A stretch of DNA of 64,000 bases, from positions 4,653,060 through 4,717,059 of the forward strand of contig CP070751.1 in assembly GCA_020348445.1 (NCBI GenBank), read 5' to 3'. Shown here one piece after another: positions 40,295 through 49,917 of the stretch (positions are counted from its first letter, which is position 1; each line of letters begins with the position of its first letter). The position numbers were made by a program, and so were the translations under genes. The notes beneath the pieces are model-generated. The model saw only the letters and a list, made by a program, of their open reading frames with translations. It made no database searches and had not been told where the DNA came from. The stretch is from Thermoplasmata archaeon. GTDB lineage: Archaea; Thermoplasmatota; Thermoplasmata; GCA-020350865.

Positions 40295-40355
40295 TTGTCC
40301 ACACTCGAATGTCCTCTTGCCTCGGCACGGTGTAAGAAACCCTGTGGTATAAAGT

Positions 40356-40475
40356 TTACCTGTTTTGGTTGTTTTTGCATGGCTTCCCTTGCAGGTCGTT
40401 TTTTCCACAAGAAGGACAGAACATTGCCTTCATTGGGAGATTTGTTCCACTATTTGGACAGAAGACACCTTTCAT
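40356..40475 (-). pseudogene. Degenerate zinc-ribbon ORF (39 aa)
   Basis: MKGVFCPNSGTNLPMKAMFCPSCGK after the SD-like GGAAGGATGA. The first CxxC is broken (C to S). An A6 run follows, and another frame continues as a Q/P-rich linker. Confidence 0.45.
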
Positions 40476-40647
40476 CTAATCATCCTTCCAATATATTAGG
40501 CCGCCATTTGCCTCCTAAATTCTTGAAACTCGATTCCATTATATCTCAAGGTATATTTGCATTTTCTTTAATCATTAAAAATTTTCACTAGACATTCCAG
40601 TCATCAACCAGAAAATCTTTTATCCCATTATACTTTATACCACCTAT

Positions 40648-41988
40648 ATGGATATAGAAAGAGAGGTTCTTTTAAAGATAGAACCAAAGGAAGATGAGAA
40701 CAAACACATATTAAAAGTTATAGAGAATGTGAAAGTTGAGATTCAAAGAGTAGCAGAATCACTTGGATTAAGTGTTGAGCCTATTTTGGTTGGTTCTGTT
40801 GCGAAGGACACACACTTAACAGACCCAGATATTGACATTTTCGTGATGTTTCCCCCCACAACTAAAAGACAGGATTTAGAGCTGTACGGATTGAAGATAG
40901 GCAACGCTGTTTTGAAGAAATGCGAAAAGAAATATGCCGAACACCCATATGTATATGGCTATTACGATGATCTGAAAGTTGAAATCGTCCCATGTTATAA
41001 AATCGAAGATCCTTTACAGAAAATGAGTGCCGTGGATAGAACTCCCTTTCATACCAACTACATTATTAAAAATCAAAAACCTGAGCAGAAAAATCAAGTT
41101 AGACTCCTTAAGCAGTTCTTAAAGGGCATTGGTATTTACGGGGCTGAGGCCGAAATTGAGGGATTCTCAGGATATCTATGTGAATTGCTCGTGCTGAACT
41201 ATGGTGATTTCAAGAATATTGTTGCTCATGCCAAAGATTGGAAAAAAGGTGTGGTAATCACATTTGTAAATGGAGATTTCAGGGAATTTAACGAGACCTT
41301 GATAGTCGTGGATCCAGTGGATCCCGAAAGGAATGTGGCATCCGCTTTATCTGAGGAGAATTTCGCGACTTTCATCCATGCATGCAGGGAATATTACGCA
41401 AAGCCAAGATTCGAGTTCTTCTTTCCTAATGACATCACTCCTGAGCCCATAAAGATCCTGAAAAACAAAATAGAAAGGAGGGGAACGACTTTACTTTGCA
41501 TAATTTTCGATACCCCACAGACCCTTCCTGATATATTGCATTCACAACTTCGAAAATCCATGCGGGCCATTGCGAACCTCTGCGAAAAATATGATTTCAA
41601 ATTCATAGGTTCAGATTATTTTGTAAATACTGAGGTGATGTTGTTATTTGAGTTCGAAGTATATTCCCTACCCCAAACGAAAGTACATAAAGGACCACCT
41701 GTATGGCATCCAAATGCCTCGGATTTTCTTCAAAAATGGACCTGCTCCTCGAAACTCGTTTCGGGTCCTTACATAAAAAACGGCAGTTGGTATGTGGATA
41801 TAGAAAGGGATTTTAAAAACGCAAGGGAACTTATTGAGGCAAAACTCGGCACTTTAAGCCTTGGCAGACATATAAACGGATCAGTAAAAAAAGGATATAG
41901 AATCCTTAAGGGCATAAAGATCGTTGAGGAACGTTACGCCGGGTGGTTGACCATGTTCCTTAATAAAAAATTTAGATGGGAATACTGA
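40648..41988 (+). CDS. cca: Archaeal (class I) CCA-adding enzyme
   Basis: LVGSVAKDTHL.DPDIDIF, AEHPY, SAVDRTPFH, GFSGYLCELL, DPVDP.RNVA. Confidence 0.96.
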   Translation: MDIEREVLLKIEPKEDENKHILKVIENVKVEIQRVAESLGLSVEPILVGSVAKDTHLTDPDIDIFVMFPPTTKRQDLELYGLKIGNAVLKKCEKKYAEHPYVYGYYDDLKVEIVPCYKIEDPLQKMSAVDRTPFHTNYIIKNQKPEQKNQVRLLKQFLKGIGIYGAEAEIEGFSGYLCELLVLNYGDFKNIVAHAKDWKKGVVITFVNGDFREFNETLIVVDPVDPERNVASALSEENFATFIHACREYYAKPRFEFFFPNDITPEPIKILKNKIERRGTTLLCIIFDTPQTLPDILHSQLRKSMRAIANLCEKYDFKFIGSDYFVNTEVMLLFEFEVYSLPQTKVHKGPPVWHPNASDFLQKWTCSSKLVSGPYIKNGSWYVDIERDFKNARELIEAKLGTLSLGRHINGSVKKGYRILKGIKIVEERYAGWLTMFLNKKFRWEY

Positions 41989-41990
41989 AA

Positions 41991-42695
41991 TCAGTAAACA
42001 TTGAATCTTCCAGATAAGGATGCCTCATGATCGTTTATGTCTTTCGCAGAAATAATGTATTCATGCATCCCTTGACGAAGATCATATAAAACATATGAGA
42101 ACTCATTATCTTCGATACGGTTCATTCGACCGCTTTGGATTTCTATAAAACTCTCCCCCTCCTTTCTTTTGATCGTTATTTTAACTGTATCCTTGTCAAC
42201 CTCTACATTATCGACTATTATGACGTTAATGCTTACGTTTACATTGTAGTTTAATAGATCCACATTGGTCTCGTTTAGCTTGGTCCAATTTCCTTGGCTC
42301 CCAAAATATATTGTATCTTTTTCTATTGTTGGCGAACTAAAGTCCGAAAAAGGTGGATTACTTAATAGAATCCAGATAGCGAGCCAAGTGAACAGATACA
42401 TTATAATATTGCCTGCCCATTGTTTATTTTCAATCAAGGAAGTATCAATACCAATTAAGGGGTAAATGTGCCTTAAGAAAATAATTGCTATAAAACCGGT
42501 CAAAGCAGCTAAAGCGATGTCTGCATAAGTTAAACCAAAAGACACTACGCCCATTAATACCGCATAACCAAATGTCACGAAGAGGATTTTTGAATCTCTT
42601 ACTTCCTTTCTTAGAAATTCCTCTTCATCAAACTCGGGCATCTTGAATTCATAGGTTTCTTCTTCTTCCTTTACCTTTCTCCTTTTCTTCGCCAT
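41991..42695 (-). CDS. Hypothetical membrane protein
   Basis: FKMPEFDEEEFLRKE N-terminus, 3-4 TMs, C-terminal beta domain. Confidence 0.65.
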   Translation of the reverse strand: MAKKRRKVKEEEETYEFKMPEFDEEEFLRKEVRDSKILFVTFGYAVLMGVVSFGLTYADIALAALTGFIAIIFLRHIYPLIGIDTSLIENKQWAGNIIMYLFTWLAIWILLSNPPFSDFSSPTIEKDTIYFGSQGNWTKLNETNVDLLNYNVNVSINVIIVDNVEVDKDTVKITIKRKEGESFIEIQSGRMNRIEDNEFSYVLYDLRQGMHEYIISAKDINDHEASLSGRFNVY

Positions 42696-42880
42696 AATAG
42701 TTCGGTAATGGTGCAGAGGATAAAAATGTTTTCTAAAGATTAAAAGCGGGCGTTAGGGAATTTCTAGTTTATAATGATAGCGAAGGACGTGAGGGGTGTT
42801 CAAGGTTAAGAAATAATTGATGTGTCAACATAACTTGAATACAACGCACGTCCGCGTATTAAATTAATATAAAAGTTAAG

Positions 42881-42955
42881 CGGACGTGAGGGGATTCGAA
42901 CCCCTGATCCACGGCTTAGGAGGCCGTTGCCCTATCCAGACTAGGCCACACGCCC
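42881..42955 (-). tRNA. tRNA-Arg (anticodon CCT), intronless, CCA not encoded
   Basis: GGGCGTG TG GCCTAGTCTGGATAGGGC A ACGGC CTCCTAA GCCGT GGATC AGGGG TTCGAAT CCCCT CACGTCC G forms a full cloverleaf. Confidence 0.97.
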
Positions 42956-43168
42956 TTTCTTTTTTATCTGTAAAGCTATATTAGATAATTAATTTTCTGA
43001 AAGCCTTGTTCGTGCTCTTATTTTCTTTTAATGTTAAAATGATAGGGTGGTAAAAAAATAAAACAATCCTTTTTTGCCGAATTCAAACTTATTGAGATTT
43101 CATTATCATAAAAAGCGTATCTTAAATAAAGTTATAAAAAATAAAAATTACCTCCTCCCCGGAAGGTT

Positions 43169-43192
43169 AAAGGCCCCACATGGGGACCCTTT
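43169..43192 (-). terminator. GC hairpin just downstream of the Lys-rich gene
   Basis: AAAGG-GT-CCCCA-TG-TGGGG-CCTTT inverted repeat on the minus strand. Confidence 0.45.
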
Positions 43193-43206
43193 AGGTTGAA
43201 GAACAT

Positions 43207-43359
43207 TCATCTTTTCTTCTTCTTTTTAGTGCTCTTCTTCTTCTTTGTTGTTTTCTTCTTTGTTGTCTTCTTCTTTTTGGTACCCTTCTTCTTTGTTGTT
43301 TTCTTCTTTTTGGTACCTTTCTTCTTTGTTGTCTTCTTCTTTGTTTTCTTCTTCGCCAT
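43207..43359 (-). CDS. 50-aa lysine-rich protamine/H1-tail-like microprotein
   Basis: MAKKKTKKKTTKKKGTKKKKTTKKKGTKKKKTTKKKTTKKKKSTKKKKKR. SD GGTGA upstream, a TATA-like TTTTTAAA about 70 bp upstream, and a hairpin downstream. Confidence 0.8.
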   Translation of the reverse strand: MAKKKTKKKTTKKKGTKKKKTTKKKGTKKKKTTKKKTTKKKKSTKKKKKR

Positions 43360-43524
43360 CTCTCTCACCACATCCTTTTATGCATATAGGTGTGTGATTA
43401 AGTAGAGGTAATACTTTAGTGGTTTAAAAACTTTTGTAAAAAATTTACTTTTTCATCTGTTTTTTTATCATAAAAAAAACTTTTTTAAAAATTAATTATC
43501 TATGTTCTGCAGAAAAATTTATTG

Positions 43525-44229
43525 TTAACTTTGAATTATCTTAGCTTTCCCGTGCTTACATAGAATCCTTGCGTATTCCAAGGGTAATGTTATCGTATCA
43601 TCTTTTTTTAAATTGAATATTCTTTCCTCTGTTTCGAAGGAGGGAATATCCTCTAAGATTAGAATTACAGGATTTTCTTTGTGAGAATCATCGATTTGTA
43701 AGTTACTTTCATCTATCATTTTCATATCTTCTTTTGTTAGATTATTTTCTTCGAAAATACTTTCTTTAGTTAGATCTTTCTCCATGGTTTTTTGGCCAAG
43801 GGATGATGTCTTTTTTATTTCGCATGCATCTTCTTTGGCATTTAATATAATGTTCGAACGATTCTTAATTAGCACCTCAACGAGGTTATTAAAAGCATTC
43901 TTTTCCTCGATTGTCATTAGATCGATTTTTGGATTCCCTCCGTTTGCAGCAGATAATGCTAACAATACTATCTTCCTTTCTCTGAGCTCATAAATTTCCA
44001 AAATCCTTTTTTCTGACTTATGGAATTCGTCCTCAAGCATTAGGGTTCTTGGGGATGCAGGATCATTTTTACGTTCCTCAATATAATTGGATCTTAATTT
44101 TTCTATGTAGTCCATGATATTTTTAAAGAAATGCGGAGGTAGTTTTGTGAGAGTTGCAGAATTCCGTTCTTCACGATATACCTGTGCTATCATTTCAAAA
44201 TTGAATGTCTTATCTTCTCTTGGCATCAT
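43525..44229 (-). CDS. GINS-family DNA replication protein
   Basis: YREERNSATLTKLPPHFF...IYELRERKIVLLAL helical A-domain plus a C-terminal beta B-domain (ILEDIPSF...LKKDDTITLP..ARIL). Confidence 0.75.
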   Translation of the reverse strand: MMPREDKTFNFEMIAQVYREERNSATLTKLPPHFFKNIMDYIEKLRSNYIEERKNDPASPRTLMLEDEFHKSEKRILEIYELRERKIVLLALSAANGGNPKIDLMTIEEKNAFNNLVEVLIKNRSNIILNAKEDACEIKKTSSLGQKTMEKDLTKESIFEENNLTKEDMKMIDESNLQIDDSHKENPVILILEDIPSFETEERIFNLKKDDTITLPLEYARILCKHGKAKIIQS

Positions 44230-44380
44230 GCCTACATAGATAAAGTCATATTAGGAATTTTTGAATGTTAATTATTTGCTCAATTACATTCTCACCGCAT
44301 ATTTTATTTACCACTCTAACAATCTCCCGTAAGGAATTAAGTGAGAAAATAGGCCTAATAATTCACTTGGGGATAACAAC

Positions 44381-45055
44381 ATGAACGATAGTGAAAAAAA
44401 GCAAGATACAATTCCAGCTATAAACGTATACAAAGGATTACCCATGATAAAAGGCAAAGAGGGCTATGAACCCATGGAGGATAGTGAAAGAGAATATATA
44501 AAAATTGAAGATTTGATGGATAAATTAAAGGAGGACTTCAAAAGGGTATTCATTGTCGATTTAAATGGTATCAACAGAGATAAACCACAACTTGAATTGA
44601 TAAAAAGATTATCAACCAAGATGGAACTGTGGGTAGATGGCGGTTCAAGGTATGCAGAGGGTGCAATCGATATCCTCATTGCTGGATCCGAGAAAGTGGT
44701 CCTAGGTACCAAAACATTGAGGAGTATAGAGGAATTGGATAAGGCTTGTGAGCTCTCTCAAAATATCGTCCTTGGTATTGATTACGATAAAGGAATAGTA
44801 AGCCCAAAGAAGAAAATCAGAGAGATGTCAGCTCGCCAATTGGCAAATGAAGCAAAGGATATTGGAATAGAAGATCTTATTTTCAGTGATTTGGCACATA
44901 TAGCTACTGAGGATTATTTTAGCTTAGATGTGGGTAAAACGCTGCTAGATAGTGAAATGAACATCTATTTCCACGGTAGATTCGAAAGCGGTCTAGAAAG
45001 GTTCAAAGGAATGAATCTAGCAGGACTTGTAGTGGAAGTGGAAACACTGATTTAA
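44381..45055 (+). CDS. HisA/HisF-like TIM-barrel protein
   Basis: IVDLNGI, WVDGGSR, ILIAGSEKVVLGTKTL. Confidence 0.75.
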   Translation: MNDSEKKQDTIPAINVYKGLPMIKGKEGYEPMEDSEREYIKIEDLMDKLKEDFKRVFIVDLNGINRDKPQLELIKRLSTKMELWVDGGSRYAEGAIDILIAGSEKVVLGTKTLRSIEELDKACELSQNIVLGIDYDKGIVSPKKKIREMSARQLANEAKDIGIEDLIFSDLAHIATEDYFSLDVGKTLLDSEMNIYFHGRFESGLERFKGMNLAGLVVEVETLI

Positions 45056-45067
45056 TTTCTCGGGGAT

Positions 45068-45556
45068 ATGGCTATGAATGAACTTATGGAGGCACTTATT
45101 TATTTATTCCAAAGAAAAGGTAAAAAAGTTCTCTCCGAGAAAGAAATTATACTTTCGGCATCAATGGACCTTGGTTGGTTTACACCCGATGAGGCGAAAC
45201 AACTTGTTGATGTCTGTCTTGAATTGAAGCTTTTAACAAAAGAGGATACCGGACTTTCACCAAGCTTCGATTACAAAGATCACAATATCCCAATAGATTT
45301 CACACCTAGTAAAAACATATTGCAGTTGGAAGCTCAAGAGCCGTTGCTGTTTTCGGTTATTCGTCACATTGAGTCTAAAACCAACCTCAAGCGCAGTCCA
45401 ATTTTGGCCGAGATCAATAAAAAACAGAACTCTTTGGATGTGGAAATCGAGGTTGCTGCTATGCTTGTCGCCCAAAAATATGATGTTGACATTTTGGGAT
45501 TTCTCAGAGAAGCAGAGGTTGAAATCTTCAAAAGGGCACAAAAAAGGAACGGATAG
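45068..45556 (+). CDS. Conserved archaeal protein (DUF2240-like)
   Basis: SMDLGWFTPDEAK...P.FDY...IPIDF.P and EVAAMLVAQKY.VD. Confidence 0.75.
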   Translation: MAMNELMEALIYLFQRKGKKVLSEKEIILSASMDLGWFTPDEAKQLVDVCLELKLLTKEDTGLSPSFDYKDHNIPIDFTPSKNILQLEAQEPLLFSVIRHIESKTNLKRSPILAEINKKQNSLDVEIEVAAMLVAQKYDVDILGFLREAEVEIFKRAQKRNG

Positions 45557-45564
45557 AGGGGATT

Positions 45565-46059
45565 TTATCCCTTCTTTATTTTTATGAAATCACCAAGGGT
45601 CATACCTTTTGCTTCCTCCTTGCGCTTGGGTGGGGAAATTGCGGCAACCTTCTCCTTGAGGGATATATCAAGGGCCTTTTCCAGTTTCTTTATTAACTTT
45701 TCATCTGGAATCATATCCCCTGCTTCGAGCTTTGCCACCACAGATTTTTTCTCATTGATCTTCTTACCAAGTTCCTCCTGACTCAATCCCATAGATGTCC
45801 TGGCTAAACTAATTCTCTTTGGGTAGTCCAATGCTAATTCTTCTTGGGCCTTCTCAAAAACATCCTTGGTTGTTCGCCTTTTTTCCCTGCGCTCCAACCT
45901 CTCTGTTATTGTGGGTGTGTATGTATGCTCATCTGCCCCCTTTGTCATTGGATGATCCTGTCCAAATTTTGCACATTTTGGGCATACACTGAGATTTGAG
46001 CCTTCAATTGTGATTTCCTTTAAATTAGGAACATCCACTCCACACATCTCGCATATCAT
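45565..46059 (-). CDS. mbf1: Archaeal multiprotein bridging factor 1
   Basis: ATG at 46059. CEMCG...IEGSNLSVCPKCAKFG Zn ribbon, an HTH (ARTSMGLSQEELG), and TLGDF. Divergent from pan. Confidence 0.92.
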   Translation of the reverse strand: MICEMCGVDVPNLKEITIEGSNLSVCPKCAKFGQDHPMTKGADEHTYTPTITERLERREKRRTTKDVFEKAQEELALDYPKRISLARTSMGLSQEELGKKINEKKSVVAKLEAGDMIPDEKLIKKLEKALDISLKEKVAAISPPKRKEEAKGMTLGDFIKIKKG

Positions 46060-46161
46060 GTTCAATCCTCGATAAGCTGAACAAAAGATATATATCATTG
46101 GTATAATATATAACTAACCGTACAGAATGATGATATAAAGACAGAAATAAATGACTTTGGG

Positions 46162-47379
46162 GTGCGCATCATGGATGAGGAAGATGCCAAGAAGACCTCT
46201 GATAATCTCCCTGAAAGAGTAGCTGCTCTTGAGAGCCAAAACTCAGAGCTCATTAAGGACACTAAAAAGATCGAGAACGAAAAACGTTATTTAGAGAGTG
46301 AACTGACACATTTACAGGGTGAAGTTAAACGCCTTAAGGCTGAAATGGAGAGAATGAAGGCTCCGCCACTGATAATTGGCACCATAAGGGGTGTTTTGGA
46401 AAATGGGAAGGTTGTGGTAAAAAGCACCACTGGGCCTACTTTTATCGTAAACTGTGCCAGCCACATTCCACAGGAGACTGTTATCGTGGGCTCTCAAGTG
46501 GCATTGAACAAACAGACCCTTTCGATCATGAGCGTGTTACCTCCATCAAAGGATCCCCTCGTTATTGGCGCCGAGATTATCGAAAAACCGGAGGTTACAT
46601 ACGAAGAGATAGGCGGCCTAGAGGAACAGCTTCGGGAGATCAGAGAAGCTGTCGAGGAGCCCATGATAAAACCAGAGTTGTACAAGAAGGTGGGGATAGA
46701 TCCACCAAAAGGAGTGTTGCTCGTGGGTCCACCCGGAGTGGGAAAAACCCTTCTGGCAAAGGGTGTGGCAAACAAAACAAACGCAACATTCATAAGGTTC
46801 GTGGGCTCAGAACTGGTTCAAAAATATATAGGTGAGGGGGCGAGGTTGGTTAGGGAATTATTTGCATTGGCTAAGGAGAAATCCCCAACAATTGTATTCA
46901 TAGATGAGTTGGATGCTATTGGGGCCAAGAGATTGGAAGTTGCCACATCCGGTGACAGAGAGGTTCAAAGAACCCTGATGCAGCTTCTGGCCGAGCTGGA
47001 TGGCTTCGACCCCATTGGCGATGTGAAATTGATTGCAGCAACCAATAGACCTGACATCCTTGATGAGGCTTTACTTCGACCCGGTAGGTTCGACAGGATA
47101 ATCAGGATCCCCATACCGAGTTTGGAAGCCAGGATCGAGATTTTCAAGATCCATACCAGGAAGATGAACATAGCAAAGGATGTCGAAGTCGAGGCTCTCG
47201 CAGCCAAGTGCGATGGAGCAACTGGTGCTGATATAAAATCCATGTGCACCGAAGCAGGAATGTTCGCGATAAGAGAGGGCCGAGACTCTGTTGAGATGGG
47301 AGATTTTGAGAAGGCCGTGGACAAGGTGAGGGGTGGGGAGCTGCTTAAAGCCCAGGAATCGGGAGTTATGTTCGCCTAA
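46162..47379 (+). CDS. pan: Proteasome-activating nucleotidase
   Basis: N-terminal coiled coil, [27 protein letters not shown]-terminal HbYX-like MFA. Confidence 0.96.
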   Translation: MRIMDEEDAKKTSDNLPERVAALESQNSELIKDTKKIENEKRYLESELTHLQGEVKRLKAEMERMKAPPLIIGTIRGVLENGKVVVKSTTGPTFIVNCASHIPQETVIVGSQVALNKQTLSIMSVLPPSKDPLVIGAEIIEKPEVTYEEIGGLEEQLREIREAVEEPMIKPELYKKVGIDPPKGVLLVGPPGVGKTLLAKGVANKTNATFIRFVGSELVQKYIGEGARLVRELFALAKEKSPTIVFIDELDAIGAKRLEVATSGDREVQRTLMQLLAELDGFDPIGDVKLIAATNRPDILDEALLRPGRFDRIIRIPIPSLEARIEIFKIHTRKMNIAKDVEVEALAAKCDGATGADIKSMCTEAGMFAIREGRDSVEMGDFEKAVDKVRGGELLKAQESGVMFA

Positions 47380-47459
47380 CTTTTTTCTCTATAAGGCCCG
47401 TTTGAATGCGTCATTCCAATGGTTAATTATAAGAACATCCTCTTCATTTCCTGGTTCAG

Positions 47460-48527
47460 ATGCAACAGATTCTCGATGATATGGATGAGATAAAAAGGCT
47501 AGATACAGAGGACATGCTGGGCTTTGTTCAAAATTTTCCAAAACAGATCGAAGAAGCCAAGAGCATCTCAGAGAGAACAGATTTGGAGGTTTTTCAACCC
47601 CATCAGATATTAATCGCCGGTGTTGGAGGCAGCGCCATTGGTGGGGATATTCTCGCAAGTTGGCTATTTAAAAGAATAAATATTCCCATATTCGTGAACA
47701 GGGCATATAAGCTGCCGACCTTTGTGGGAGAAAAAACTCTCCTTTTTACAGTGAGTTATTCAGGAAATACAGAGGAAACTCTCAGTCTCTTTGATGAGGG
47801 TATAAAAAAGAGGTGTAGGATAGTTGCAATTACCTCAGGAGGGGAGTTGACAAGGCGCTGTAAAGCAGAAAATGTGAAGTTGATCTCCATCCCATCGGGA
47901 AAACCACCTAGGGCTTCGGTTGCCTATCTTTTCATGCCCATAGTGGTGACGTTAAAGAAGTTGGGAATCTACGATTCTGATAGGGAGGTTGCAGTTGCAA
48001 TAGATAACTTAAACGCCCTAAAAGGGAAATTGGTACCTGAAAATCCCACTGATAAAAATCCTGCAAAACAGATTGCGCAACAACTCCAGGGTGAAACCCC
48101 AATAATCTACGGATTGGCCATATTTAATGCCATTGCCAGGAGGTGGCAGACACAATTAAATGAAAATTCTAAGGTACTTGCATGGCACAGCACCTTTCCA
48201 GAAATGAACCATAACGAGATCGAGGCATGGGCCCACGACGGTAACTCCAATAAGTTCACAGCTGTGCTATTGAGGGATAACTTCAAGATGGAGGGCAGAC
48301 TGCAAAAGCGTGTTTCGTTAACAAAAAACACGATCTTAGAAAAACATGCAAAGAAGGTAATAGAGGTTGTAGCTGAGGGTGGAGAGGAAAAGGATTACCT
48401 TGCCAGGATGCTGTATTTGATGTATCTTGGTGACTTCGTGAGCATATACCTTGCGATCCTGCGTGGTGAGAACCCCACTCCCGTTTCTGCAATTGAAGGA
48501 TTTAAGAGGGATTTAGCGGGTTTCTAA
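47460..48527 (+). CDS. Bifunctional phosphoglucose/phosphomannose isomerase
   Basis: GVGGSAIGGD, SYSGNTEETL, TSGG, PPRAS, QLNENSK, PEMNHNEIE. Confidence 0.93.
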   Translation: MQQILDDMDEIKRLDTEDMLGFVQNFPKQIEEAKSISERTDLEVFQPHQILIAGVGGSAIGGDILASWLFKRINIPIFVNRAYKLPTFVGEKTLLFTVSYSGNTEETLSLFDEGIKKRCRIVAITSGGELTRRCKAENVKLISIPSGKPPRASVAYLFMPIVVTLKKLGIYDSDREVAVAIDNLNALKGKLVPENPTDKNPAKQIAQQLQGETPIIYGLAIFNAIARRWQTQLNENSKVLAWHSTFPEMNHNEIEAWAHDGNSNKFTAVLLRDNFKMEGRLQKRVSLTKNTILEKHAKKVIEVVAEGGEEKDYLARMLYLMYLGDFVSIYLAILRGENPTPVSAIEGFKRDLAGF

Positions 48528-48627
48528 ACGCTTTTGGGATTATAGAAAAATTTAATTCCCTGTAGTTGTTTAATAAATTTGAAAAAGACGGACCTGGCTT
48601 TAAAGAAATGGTATGTAGAGGGAAACC

Positions 48628-49911
48628 ATGGATAAAGAAACCAGAGAGCTTTTGGCTAAATTGTTCACTTCCCAATTAGAGCAGCTTGCAAAGGAGAAGG
48701 ACATTGATTGTGGCTTGGAGCCTGATAGGATCGACTACCTCTCGATTCTCGGTGGTAGCGACCAAATCACAAGAGAAGATGTGGAACGTTACATCGGCGA
48801 AACCGAGACAGATTCTAAAAAAGTGGAGGAAGGCGAAGAATATTTTGGGGAAATAGAAAAAATATTAAAAGATTTTAAAAGCCAAGGCTCCATTTTCGAA
48901 AGGGCAGATGGATTGTTGCAGGGTATACAGCGCAACTTTGAAGATGGTAACCTACAAGGTACAATTTCCCAGGGTGTTGAGGGTTCTGGTCTAATAGAGG
49001 AAACTGCAGAATTGTATGATAAAGTGAGAAAGGCCTATATCATATATGCATTCAGACAATTGATAGGTGATGTCAGGGATTGCGGCATTGAGATCGGAGA
49101 GGACGAGCAACTGGCCTTGACAGCTGCAGAGCATCTCCATAAAGGTGAGAAAGAGGAATTGGATGAAATTCTCAAGCAAATAGTGGGTAAAGCTGAATAT
49201 CTAACGAGTGAGCAGGCGAAAAAGATGAAGGAATTGATATCATCTGTTGAGGAATTCATAAATCAAACGAGGGATTTGGGAGCCAATATCAAAGAGGCAA
49301 GGGAACATTATGAAAAGGCAGAGGAGGCTTTCAATACAAAGGCCTTCAAGAAGATGAACTACTTCGCAACCAAGGCAAGAAAGGCCGCAGAAGACGCAAG
49401 ATCTGATCGAATCAAGGGAATATCAGATTCATTGATCTTTGTAAGATCTATTTTGGATGATGCAAGGGAGATCGGCGCCGATGTAACAGATGCCGAGAAT
49501 ATCTATTCCAAAGCTCACACCGCTTTTAAAGAGGAGGATTATGTTCAATCCAAGGCCTTGATTAAGGAGGCCGAGCAATTGGCCCTGCAACTCCAGGACG
49601 CTCAGATTCAAAAGGCCCTGAGCCTGAGAAAGCGTCGAGTTAGTGATGAAGCTTCAACGGGCAAAGTTGTCGAGGTGGAGCCTGAGACACCCCCTGCGCA
49701 ACAAAGAAGATTTATGCGGGCTTATCCTCCGCCACCGCCATATTCACAGCCGTACCAAAGACCTGCTATGCGACCATCCACAAGACCACCTGCGCAGGGT
49801 ATGCGCAAAACCAGGTGCCCAAACTGCGGGCAGAGCTTCCCTACGAGAGCGGGAGACGGACCAAAAAAGGTTGAGTGCCCGTTTTGTGGAATGAGAGGCC
49901 TGATGCCTTAG
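48628..49911 (+). CDS. Hypothetical coiled-coil protein with a Pro/Gln linker and a C-terminal Zn ribbon
   Basis: Helical repeats (xGADVxEAExxxxKA), a PPPPPYSQPYQ linker, CPNCG...CPFCG. Confidence 0.65.
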   Translation: MDKETRELLAKLFTSQLEQLAKEKDIDCGLEPDRIDYLSILGGSDQITREDVERYIGETETDSKKVEEGEEYFGEIEKILKDFKSQGSIFERADGLLQGIQRNFEDGNLQGTISQGVEGSGLIEETAELYDKVRKAYIIYAFRQLIGDVRDCGIEIGEDEQLALTAAEHLHKGEKEELDEILKQIVGKAEYLTSEQAKKMKELISSVEEFINQTRDLGANIKEAREHYEKAEEAFNTKAFKKMNYFATKARKAAEDARSDRIKGISDSLIFVRSILDDAREIGADVTDAENIYSKAHTAFKEEDYVQSKALIKEAEQLALQLQDAQIQKALSLRKRRVSDEASTGKVVEVEPETPPAQQRRFMRAYPPPPPYSQPYQRPAMRPSTRPPAQGMRKTRCPNCGQSFPTRAGDGPKKVECPFCGMRGLMP

Positions 49912-49917
49912 TTACTT

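Noticed and set aside
40295-40591. Plus-strand 98-aa ORF, and the 38-aa N-terminal extension of the GT2 ORF in the track
   Set aside because: No motifs. The GT2 fold begins at MLSIIVPTYNE (40294).
42700-43100. Intact integrative element or provirus at tRNA-Arg
   Set aside because: The direct repeats are only 97 bp apart and no integrase is in the window. Only a possible scar is reported.
43196-43405. Plus-strand poly-Phe/Val 69-aa ORF resembling a membrane peptide
   Set aside because: It is the antisense shadow of the Lys-rich gene. The SD, promoter and hairpin all favour the minus strand.
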